A stretch of 32,000 nucleotides of DNA from Desulfatiglandales bacterium (GCA_963662465.1 OY759599.1:6253292-6285291); one strand, 5' to 3'; positions 15,816 to 24,128 are shown, numbered from the stretch's first letter. A program made the numbers and translations. The notes: a model not told the origin generated them from the sequence alone.

Positions 15816-16883
15816 TTTGACCTTTTTCATCGGAAAGTAGCCAGTATCGCGATTCTGGCGGATTAACGTGAAAAAATGTTTCGCCACCAGGAAAAACCTC
15901 GGTGCATTCGTCATAAAGAATCGTATGTATTCGGAACCCGACGAACCCATGGTTATTTTTCCCACGCGGTAGGTCAGGGTGCGGCGCGTCCCGTTTTTTC
16001 CTCTGACGCTGTTGAATCCCAAATGGGTTGAAATCCATCAAACGACCGAAAAAACTCCAACGCGCCGTTCCCTGACATTTTTGCGACCACCCCAACGTCG
16101 CCAATGGGATTATCGGTTTATGCCGAATCAATGTCAGGTAATCCCGCGTGTGGACATGTGGGATTTTGAATGTTCATGGGGGTTGGCGTGGAAATCGAAA
16201 TTTCGCGGTAAAAATGTGAACGCGGGACAACCTGACCTACTGACTATACAACTTTTCCCCTCCGGGAATGTTTTTACGTCAATCCGCGATGAACCAAAAA
16301 TCCTTTGTGGCGTCCGGATCATTTCAGTTATGACTTGTGGGGAAGTCGTGCCGGGCTGTGGTTTCCATGTGTAAAGCTTCTTGATTACCGTGAGAAATGG
16401 TCGGAACTGGAGGCATCGACCAATCCCTTTGCCTCGGTTGTGATGGCGCATTTAAAGGCGGTTGAAACCAAAGGAAACAACGATCAGCGATACCGGTGGA
16501 AGCTGATCCTTATTAAAAGACTCTACCGCCAGGGATACGCTAAAGCAGATGTAATCAGGCTGTTTGCATTTATAGATTGGGTCATGTCCCTGCCTGCGGA
16601 TATGGAAAAAGGCCTTTGGACGGAAATCCAAAAGTTCGAGGAGGAAACGAAAATGGAATATGTTACCAGCGTGGAAAGAATCGGTATGGAGAAAGGCAGC
16701 CTGAATCTTCTGTGCCGTCAAATTGCGAAGCGGTTTAAAACCGGTTACGAATCGCTTCCGCCGATCTTCACGGGTTTGCGTGCGGAAGATATCGAAGATC
16801 TTGGCGAGCGTTTTCTGGATGCCGAGAGCGTGGATGAGATTCGTCGATGGGCGGAAGAGAAACGCAGGGCGAGGATGCAGTAG
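15816..16883 (+). pseudogene. Rpn-like family A copy A6: 5'-deleted and split by MITE family 1; nested ORF 16653-16883 intact
   Basis: 15816-15863 encodes FDLFHRKVASIAILAD, joined upstream to the A-gene upstream region at a shared aca. The MITE occupies 15864-16295. The gene resumes at NPLWRPDHFSYDLWG.. and runs to the stop (ORF 16305-16883). 1 MEKG repeat (16686-16697). Confidence 0.75.
15864..16295 (+). mobile_element. MITE family 1 copy inside Rpn-A6 (left TIR shortened by 22 nt)
   Basis: ..taacgtgaaaaaatgtttcgcc ... gaatgtttttacgtcaatccgcgatgaacc. Co-linear with 24151-24576. No credible ORF inside. Confidence 0.75.
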
Positions 16884-17268
16884 AGCTGAGGGTCTCAACC
16901 CATGGACATCTGGGTGGCGCTTTGTAAAAAACATCAACGGACGTGGAGCGTCCACCTGGTTGGGGAGGGTGGCTTCAATTCCGGTTGTAATCCTTATCCC
17001 GTTCATCCTGTATATCCATGTTCATTTTTCCATTGGTTCAAGAAATGGTATGCGTTCACGGGTTCATCGCTTTCTTCGGGATACCATTGTGTCGGAGCTG
17101 AAGGTGGAAGGTTCGTAGTGTGCCCGTAAGGGCATGGGGTGGGCATGCAACCAAACGCCTCACTGCGTCACTACGAACGTCGCAACAGGGCGCATTAACC
17201 CCCGGAAAATCACACTTTCGCTGCCGAATAACCTTAGAAACATGGACACTGAACCAGTGAACGGTTAC

Positions 17269-17577
17269 CTAATTTCAAATACCTCTGGCTATTCGTGTAA
17301 TTCGAGGGTGGTCTTTGGCGCTCGAAGACATTCCTCTGCCAGGGTGCCGTATTTCCGGGATCTTCCTTGGCATGCCGATCTTTCGGAATACAGTGATGAA
17401 GAGATTAAAGGCGCTGTTGTTTTGAGAGTTGTCTTTCTCCTTTTGAAGCATATTTTTTCAAGCGATCTTCCGGAAAAATTCCCTGGGATTTTGGGTCTGT
17501 TAAAAGACCTTCTGAATAAACGAAACGGTCTTGAATATCTTGAGACGGTGTTGCGATATGTTAGCTTCAGGGAGTGA
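17269..17577 (+). pseudogene. Rpn/YhgA-like family C central-region remnant, copy C2
   Basis: Paralogue of 4944-5252, with the same TGA and the same frame break before the C-terminal module. Confidence 0.5.
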
Positions 17578-17645
17578 TCAAATAGGCAGTGTCGAGATTG
17601 AGGAGAGCGTTAGACAGGTTTTTTGAAGGTCAGGGAGGAGATATC

Positions 17646-17891
17646 ATGCCAACAGCAGCTGAACAATGGATTGAGCAGGGAATTGAGCAGGGAATGCAGC
17701 AGGAGGCTATGAAACTTTTGTCTCGTCAAATTGTGAGGCGTTTTCAGGTCAGCTCTGATTCTGTTCAACCGATCTTTGCCGGCTTAACCACAGAGCAACT
17801 TGAAGAATTGGGGGAGAGGTTTCTTGAAGCTGAAAGTTTGGATGAAATTCAGGCTTGGGCAGAGGAAAAACGGTTGACAAAAGCGCAATAA
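17646..17891 (+). CDS. stand-alone Rpn C-terminal module (2 IEQG repeats), 81 aa
   Basis: GGGAGGAG 17633-17640, ATG 17646: MPTAAEQWIEQGIEQGMQQEAMKLLSRQIVRRFQVSSDSVQPIFAGLTTEQLEELGERFLEAESLDEIQAWAEEKRLTKAQ. Confidence 0.65.
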   Translation: MPTAAEQWIEQGIEQGMQQEAMKLLSRQIVRRFQVSSDSVQPIFAGLTTEQLEELGERFLEAESLDEIQAWAEEKRLTKAQ

Positions 17892-17899
17892 ATTACCCT

Positions 17900-19802
17900 A
17901 TAGGGGTAGGAAAGAGCCTCTTGGCTCTCCCCTCCCTCCGAACCGTGCATGCGGTTCTCCCGCACACGGCTCTCCGGTCGATAGTTTCCTCATCGGGATC
18001 GGCACGCTGCTAACCGGGCCTCATGCATAGTGAAAAGCCCGATTTTCGCGAAGTAGGCATTCGGCCAGCGGCGGTGGGCTTCAAGGCTTTTGCCCCAGCC
18101 CTTGCGTTTGTTACGACGCAATAATACGGCGCGTAAGCGTCGGCGGACAAACTTATCCACCGCCGCAAACTCAGTGCGGTAGGCGTGTTTGAAGTAACCA
18201 AACCAGCCTTCGAGCATGGGGTTCAGATCATCAATGATGCTTTCCATACTTCCGCTACGTTTGCGCCGGGTCTCTTCCCGGATTTTATCACGAAGGGCTT
18301 TACGGCTTTTACTGCGTATCCAGCGCTTTCCTGCCTCAAACCGGTATCCCAGGAATTCAAATCCCTGACCCTTTTGTCGACAGTCGCCAAGATGCGTCTT
18401 GTCCGGGTGTAAGCTCAGGTCATTAGCCTGTACCCACTCCCGTACCTTTTGCAAAGCATTCTCCGCTTCCGTTTGACTGCGGCTGAGGATAACAAAGTCG
18501 TCCGCGTAACGCACCATCCGCATACCTGATTCCGCGATCAGGCTGTCAAGAGGATGCAGGTAAATATTCGCAAGCAAGGGGCTGACTACCGCCCCTTGTG
18601 GCGAACCACCCGTCGGTGTCCATCTTTCCAAGCCGTCCATCACGTCCTGTTTCAGGAACATTTGAATCAGATTGAGCAATTTGCCGTCGCTGATGCGCAT
18701 TTCGACTTGTTGCATCAGCTTATCGTGCGGAATCGTATCAAAGTAACTTTTCAGGTCGGCGTCCAGTATGAAGGTGTAGCCTTCCTTAATAAGCGCGTCT
18801 ACTTCTCGCAACGCGTCCTTGCAACCTCTTTGCGGCCTGAAGCCGTAACTCATCGGCAGAAATTCATGCTCGAATATGGGCTCCATAACCATTTTAACCG
18901 CTGCCTGCACTACCCGGTCTTTGACCGTGGGTATCCCCAGCGGGCGTTGTTTGCCGTCGCTTTTCGGAATGTATACCCGTTTTACCGCTTCCGGTCGGTA
19001 CGTTCCCGCTTTCAAGGTTTCATGCAGTTCGGCAAGGTATTTCTCCGCCTGCTCCTTAAAGCGCTTTATGCTGATACGGTCTATCCCTGCCGCTCCTTTA
19101 TTGGCTTTGACACGTCCCCAAGCCGCTTCCAGCGTCGACAAGGCGAACACCTTATCCATCAAACTGTACCATTTACCACCTTTCACCCCGTTACCCAGGG
19201 CTGCCAACATACGTTCCGTCCACACCGATGCTTCCACCCAATCCCATCGGGTTTCTGCCTCGCGTTTAGTTGTTTCCAACACTGCCGAGACTGCTTGATT
19301 TAGCTGCATCTATATGACCTTTCCGTATCTATCTTCCTATCCTCCTTCCCTCGGCACGGTTTTGCTATCCGCGCTTTTCACAACCCGGTATCCGACGCAG
19401 GCGGCGGGTACTGGTCTCACGCCGTAAGCCTTGTTAGCAGGACCGTTCTGTCGCTACGGTACTATGAGGACTCTGACTCCTGCCTCCTGTCACCCCAAGA
19501 GACAGGTCTCCCTGCTTATCTCGCTTTACCTTCCAGTCATTCCGACCCCAAACATACCATGCCGTCAAACCATCGCTTTAACCGCCATTACAGCGTGGTC
19601 TGTGAGTTTCAGGCTTCACCATGGAACGGTAGGCTCGCCACCACATGACACCGAATCGGGTTCGTCATCCTACGGACTGACTTTTCGCCTCCGGTTGCTC
19701 TCCACCCCGCCTCGCGGCGACGCAGTTACCTTCGGCTACGGAGCTATGGCATACTCCGGTACGGACTTTCACCGCACTGATAAAGCGCCTTCACAGGCGC
19801 AC
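17900..19802 (-). mobile_element. group II intron, copy 2 (1903 bp), inverted relative to copy 1
   Basis: Reverse complement of 6948-8850. I saw at least two substitutions, both synonymous in the RT (ctt/ctc Leu, gca/gcg Ala). Inserted 8 nt after the stop of the 17646-17891 ORF, between aaattaccct and the hairpin at 19805-19826. Confidence 0.9.
17990..19309 (-). CDS. group II intron reverse transcriptase/maturase (identical protein to 7441-8760)
   Basis: The 439-aa translation is identical to copy 1 in the ORF track. Confidence 0.95.
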   Translation of the reverse strand: MQLNQAVSAVLETTKREAETRWDWVEASVWTERMLAALGNGVKGGKWYSLMDKVFALSTLEAAWGRVKANKGAAGIDRISIKRFKEQAEKYLAELHETLKAGTYRPEAVKRVYIPKSDGKQRPLGIPTVKDRVVQAAVKMVMEPIFEHEFLPMSYGFRPQRGCKDALREVDALIKEGYTFILDADLKSYFDTIPHDKLMQQVEMRISDGKLLNLIQMFLKQDVMDGLERWTPTGGSPQGAVVSPLLANIYLHPLDSLIAESGMRMVRYADDFVILSRSQTEAENALQKVREWVQANDLSLHPDKTHLGDCRQKGQGFEFLGYRFEAGKRWIRSKSRKALRDKIREETRRKRSGSMESIIDDLNPMLEGWFGYFKHAYRTEFAAVDKFVRRRLRAVLLRRNKRKGWGKSLEAHRRWPNAYFAKIGLFTMHEARLAACRSR

Positions 19803-19804
19803 CA

Positions 19805-19826
19805 TTCCCACGCTCCGGCGTGGGAA
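19805..19826. repeat. REP-like hairpin abutting intron copy 2
   Basis: ttcccacgc-tccg-gcgtgggaa. On the minus strand it reads gcgtgggaatg|GTGCG. Confidence 0.7.
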
Positions 19827-19948
19827 CCCATACCGGGCGGCGTTGACACGCCAGGGCTGAACCTGCCTCCCATAACTTTTTAAAACATGATGTGAAAGTC
19901 TTTTTCATACATTGAAAACCAACACCAGCTCCAAGGCTGGAAAATCCC

Positions 19949-20094
19949 AAAGATCTTGGGGAGACTCCAGAAAAACCATATTCAGGGAAGTTTGTGTTGC
20001 GCTTGCTGCCCAAATAGCTAACCAGAGCCTCAACGCATAGGCAGCAGAACATTTGATCTAAAATGCCGAACAAGAACTTCAAAAGCCTTTTTGA
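19949..20094 (+). pseudogene. hicB: hicB C-terminal remnant, copy 2 (stops and frameshift)
   Basis: KDLGETPEKPYSGKFVLRLLPK* then ..AAQIANQSLNA*AAEHLI*NAEQELQKPF. Paralogue of 12463-12662. Confidence 0.5.
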
Positions 20095-20285
20095 AGAAAT
20101 TGGTTTCCCTGCCTGAGTGAGTCTCCGATTTTTCTTGCACATTAATAGTATGCCCTACGCTAAACGCAACATGCAGAAAATAGACCCCTCTTCCCAGCAT
20201 CTTCAGGATAAAAAAAGCCTGTATAGTGAATTACATTTTATCTGAACTTATAGCCACATAAGTTCTGGCAATCAGAACTTTATCC

Positions 20286-20314
20286 TTGACACATCGAGAC
20301 TCAGAGTGTATTGA
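20286..20314 (+). promoter_or_regulatory. sigma-70-type promoter of higBA-2
   Basis: TTGACA (20286-20291) - 17 nt - TATTGA (20309-20314); ATG at 20321. Confidence 0.45.
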
Positions 20315-20320
20315 AATTCT

Positions 20321-20626
20321 ATGCACATAATCGCTCGTAACTCACTGATTGAATTTGGGGTAAAATATCCGGATGTCAGAATGGCTGTTGACAGGTGGTG
20401 GACTATATGCAGAAAAAATACTTTTTGTTCTTTCTCCGACCTGAAAAAGACATTCGGCACAGCCGATATGGCAGATAGATGTGTTATTTTCAACATCGGT
20501 GGCGGAAAATATAGATTGGTCGTAAGAGTCAACTTTGTGGGCCGGAGAATGTGGATAAAGTATGTGTTACCCCATAATGAATATGAAAAGCTTGATCTGA
20601 AGGAGGACTCAAAATGCCGGCCATAG
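20321..20626 (+). CDS. higB: type II toxin HigB, copy 2
   Basis: 101 aa, differs from copy 1 at a few residues (e.g. PDVRMAV vs PDGRTAV). Confidence 0.85.
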   Translation: MHIIARNSLIEFGVKYPDVRMAVDRWWTICRKNTFCSFSDLKKTFGTADMADRCVIFNIGGGKYRLVVRVNFVGRRMWIKYVLPHNEYEKLDLKEDSKCRP

Positions 20627-20994
20627 ATGGTATGGATTCCAGAGATTTATATCCACTGATAGTTATAAGAAGCCAGGATGATTACAAAAAGGCACTTGGT
20701 TCCATGGAGACTGTTTTTGATGAGGAGACAGGTCCCCTGGCAGATTATGCAGAAACACTTGCCATCCTGATTGTGCACTATGAGGAACAGAATTTTCCAT
20801 TGGAGAAAAAACAGGGAGTGGAAGTCCTGAAGTTTCTTATGGAACAGAATGGTCTCAAACAAAGGGATCTGGTGGGGACTCTTGGAGGGAAGTCGACTGT
20901 TTCGGAGATACTTAATGGGAAAAGGCCATTAAACTTGCAGCACATCAGGACCTTGGCAGATAGATTCCATGTTGTGCCCGGAACCTTTGTTTAA
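20614..20994 (+). CDS. higA: HigA antitoxin, copy 2
   Basis: 126 aa, same HTH as copy 1, 13-nt overlap with higB. Confidence 0.85.
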   Translation: MPAIDGMDSRDLYPLIVIRSQDDYKKALGSMETVFDEETGPLADYAETLAILIVHYEEQNFPLEKKQGVEVLKFLMEQNGLKQRDLVGTLGGKSTVSEILNGKRPLNLQHIRTLADRFHVVPGTFV

Positions 20995-21284
20995 CACGGA
21001 CACACAGGCTGACACCGACTTTTTCACCTATCGCAGCTTCTTCCATGACGAAGAAACCCAAAGATTATTTTACCATGAAAACAGGCGATAGGCGATGGGC
21101 TATGGGTTCTGCCGCCATTTTCATCTGCGGGGGTGGCAAATCCCTTGTCATGAGGGTTTACCATGAAAATACATCGCAGGCGCCTGCTGTGAGTAGAGAC
21201 AAGGCATGCCTTGTCGCTACAGCCTCGACCGTCGCGGCGAGACGCCGCTCACACAGCGCCATTTTCATGCGCGGGGGGGGGGGG

Positions 21285-21631
21285 ATGCCTGAGGCAATCC
21301 AGCGATTCATCGATACGAATTCGCTCGACGCGGTATTTGATGTTTATGCCTCGATTATAGAAACATACAAAGACGATTTTGCGAAATATGCAACCCAGTC
21401 CGAAGGCGAATATTCAAGCCTTTCTTCTTGGATTGTGGCTTGATGAATACCATTTGCGGCGTTCAATGGATAGCATTGAACGAACTTAAGAGAACGTCAT
21501 TTATCAATAAAGGCCATGTAGCTGAACAGTTCATTGCCCAACATCTTGTCTTCGTCGGAAAAAACAATGTAAGCCCGTTTTTGACCTACTGGTTGCGCGA
21601 AGGGAGGACCGGAAATTTGGTGACATTTTAA
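21285..21631 (+). pseudogene. DUF4143-type ATPase gene fragments (two pieces, internal deletion and frame change)
   Basis: PEAIQRFIDTNSLDAVFDVYASIIETYKDDFAKYATQSE.. then ..DCGLMNTICGVQWIALNELKRTSFINKGHVAEQFIAQHLVFVGKNNVSPFLTYWLREGRTGN. Preceded by a G12 tract (21273-21284). Confidence 0.6.
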
Positions 21632-21906
21632 TCCGAAGTTGTTACCTGCGCAAGTTGTTTTTGTAACCGCTTACTGCTGACGAACTCTTATTCTTTGGAT
21701 CTGTGCAGGTAGTGACTTACAGATTAAATGCTTCGAAAAAAACAAGATGATCAGTATAATAAGAGGAATTCATTGCTAAAAAAACTTAAAACTGCGTCTT
21801 GCCGCCTTAGCCATTATACATCCTAATTCTCCCCACCATCCCTTCCAGTCTTGCCCTTTCAGCTTTCACCTTTGGGTTTCTATCCATCCTATCCACAGCT
21901 CTCATC

Positions 21907-21935
21907 TTGACAAATCCAACAAACTGGGTAATACT
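21907..21935 (+). promoter_or_regulatory. sigma-70-type promoter of brnTA
   Basis: TTGACA (21907-21912) - 17 nt - AATACT (21930-21935). AGGAGG at about 21953-21958 precedes the TTG start at 21965. Confidence 0.45.
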
Positions 21936-21964
21936 ATGTATGCCCTAAAAACAGGAGGCTATTT

Positions 21965-22237
21965 TTGCGAATTAATGATTTCGAATGGGATGAGGGTAAT
22001 GCCTTGCATCTCCAACTGGGTCACGGTATTTCGCCGGAAGAGGCAGAAGAGGTCTTTGCCGGCGACCCTTTTTTCAGACGAACAAAAAAAGGGCATTACG
22101 CAGTTTTTGGTCCAACCTTTGAAGGAAGGTATCTGACGATTGTTTTCCAGCTAAAACCCAAAGGCATTGCTCGACCTTTCACCGGCTGGGATATGCGTCG
22201 AGCAGAAATTCAATACTACAAGAAACACAGGGGATAA
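21965..22237 (+). CDS. brnT: BrnT-family (DUF497) ribonuclease toxin
   Basis: 90 aa, TTG start. FEWDEGNALHLQLGHGISPEEAEEVFAGDPFF...GRYLTIVF...ARPFTGWDMRRAEIQYYKKH fits the BrnT pattern (FEWD..K......HG.sFeEA..vF.......). Confidence 0.8.
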   Translation: MRINDFEWDEGNALHLQLGHGISPEEAEEVFAGDPFFRRTKKGHYAVFGPTFEGRYLTIVFQLKPKGIARPFTGWDMRRAEIQYYKKHRG

Positions 22238-22239
22238 GA

Positions 22240-22533
22240 GTGGCAACACAAAAACCGGCGCCAAAAAACTGGGCGGAGTATTACGACCAGGAAAATATTC
22301 TGGAGGAAATCCTGGAGGACGCGGTCAATTTCAGCTTGAACGAAGATCTTCTTCAGGCCATCGTTGCAGGCAAGCGTAAGAGAAAACTGAAAAATATCTC
22401 TATCAAGATAGATCCTCTGCATGTTTCAGCTATCAAGAAGCTTGCTACAATGAAGGCTATCCCTTATCAGACTTTGGTAAGACAGTGGCTTGCAGAGGAT
22501 ATTAGGAAGGAATTGGATGCGGTCACAAAATAG
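22240..22533 (+). CDS. brnA: BrnA-family antitoxin
   Basis: 97 aa, GTG start 2 nt after the brnT stop. C-terminal KNISIKIDPLHVSAIKKLATMKAIPYQTLVRQWLAEDIRKEL is typical of BrnA. Confidence 0.75.
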   Translation: MATQKPAPKNWAEYYDQENILEEILEDAVNFSLNEDLLQAIVAGKRKRKLKNISIKIDPLHVSAIKKLATMKAIPYQTLVRQWLAEDIRKELDAVTK

Positions 22534-22801
22534 CTGGATTCATGGGCTTATCAACTTCTCCACCTAAATTTGTGCATGTTACCCCATAAAAGAAAAAAGG
22601 TTGTAAGTATCCTGAAAATCACGTAAATCCTGTCACAATAACCCGGTAATATTCAAAAGGGACAGGCCAATAATTTTATATTGGCGACGTGGGCCGAATT
22701 CTCCTTGATCTCCATTCCTTCCATCAATTTCCAAACATCAAAAGAACCTTGCCCGACCTTGGGCTTTCTGATATTCTGGCAGCATATTCAAACTCGAACG
22801 G

Positions 22802-23812
22802 GTGGAACAAAAAATGACCTTTGACTCTGAAACGGCTGATTACGACAGCCCGTGGAAAAACGCTCTGGAATGCTATTTTCGTGAATGCATTGAGTTTTTT
22901 CTTCCTGAGATGGCGCAGGATGTGGATTGGGAAAGGGGATGCCTTTTTTTGGACAAGGAATTTCAGCAGGTGTCCAAAAATGCGGCTGTCGGTCGCAGAT
23001 ATGCCGACAAACTCGTACAACTGTACCGCAAAGACGGCAGCGATGAATGGGTGTTGGCGCACGTGGAAGTGCAGGGGCAGAAAAGGAAACCGTTCCCTGA
23101 GAGGATGTACACTTATAATTACCGAACATTTGACCTTTTTCATCGGAAAGTAGCCAGTATCGCGATTCTGGCGGATGAAAATCCTTTGTGGCGTCCGGAT
23201 CATTTCAGTTATGAATTGTGGGGAAGTCGTGCCGGGCTGTGGTTTCCATGCGTGAAGCTTCTTGATTACAGTGAGAAATGGACGGAATTGGAGGCATCGA
23301 CCAATCCCTTTGCCTCGGTTGTGATGGCGCATTTAAAGGCGGTTGAAACCAAGGGAGACAACGAGCAGCGATACCGGTGGAAGCTGATCCTCATTAAAAG
23401 GCTTTACCGCCAGGGATACTCTAAAGCAGATGTGCTCAGGCTGTTTGCATTTATAGATTGGGTCATGTCCCTGCCTGCGGATATGGAAAAAGGCCTTTGG
23501 ACGGAAATCCAAAAGTTCGAGGAGGAAACGAAAATGGAATATGTTACCAGCGTGGAAAGAATCGGTATGGAGAAAGGCATGGAGAAAGGCATGGAGAAAG
23601 GCATGGAGAAAGGCATGGAGAAAGGCAGCCTGAATCTTCTGTGCCGTCTCATTGCGAAGCGATTTAAAACCGGTTACGAATCGCTTCCTCCGATCTTCAC
23701 GGGTTTGCGTGCGGAAGATATCGAAGATCTTGGCGAGCGTTTCCTGGATGCCGAGAGCGTGGATGAGATTCGTCGATGGGCGGAAGAAAAACGCAGGGCG
23801 AGGATGCAGTAG
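22802..23812 (+). CDS. Rpn-like family A protein, intact copy A3 (336 aa)
   Basis: As A2 but with 5 MEKG repeats (23567-23626). Likelier start is ATG 22814. Internal GAGGAGGA 23519-23526 + in-frame ATG 23534. Confidence 0.8.
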   Translation: MEQKMTFDSETADYDSPWKNALECYFRECIEFFLPEMAQDVDWERGCLFLDKEFQQVSKNAAVGRRYADKLVQLYRKDGSDEWVLAHVEVQGQKRKPFPERMYTYNYRTFDLFHRKVASIAILADENPLWRPDHFSYELWGSRAGLWFPCVKLLDYSEKWTELEASTNPFASVVMAHLKAVETKGDNEQRYRWKLILIKRLYRQGYSKADVLRLFAFIDWVMSLPADMEKGLWTEIQKFEEETKMEYVTSVERIGMEKGMEKGMEKGMEKGMEKGSLNLLCRLIAKRFKTGYESLPPIFTGLRAEDIEDLGERFLDAESVDEIRRWAEEKRRARMQ

Positions 23813-24072
23813 CGCAGGGACTCAGCCCATGGACATCTGGGTGGCGCTTTGTAAAAAACATGGAACAGAAGTGGGATGTCCATAAAAAGCTAAGAAAGTT
23901 GCCAGGCGTACAATGATTTCCCGCTTGCCGAGGCCGCGTATCGGTTGTTATTCGAAAATTATTGCAGAAGGGAATAGGTTCAGACCTCAATCTTTTGACA
24001 GGATTAACAGGATCAACTGGATAAAAGAAAAAAGGTTATAAGTATCCTGAAAATCACGTAAATCCTGTCACA

Positions 24073-24128
24073 TTTGACCTTTTTCATCGGAAAGTAGCCA
24101 GTATCGCGATTCTGGCGGATTAAAATCC
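24073..24128 (+). pseudogene. Rpn-like family A fragment A7 (FDLFHRKVASIAILAD*)
   Basis: Same upstream deletion junction as A6 (cctgtcaca|tttgacc). Ends at the MITE insertion; gat gaa has become gat taa. Confidence 0.6.
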
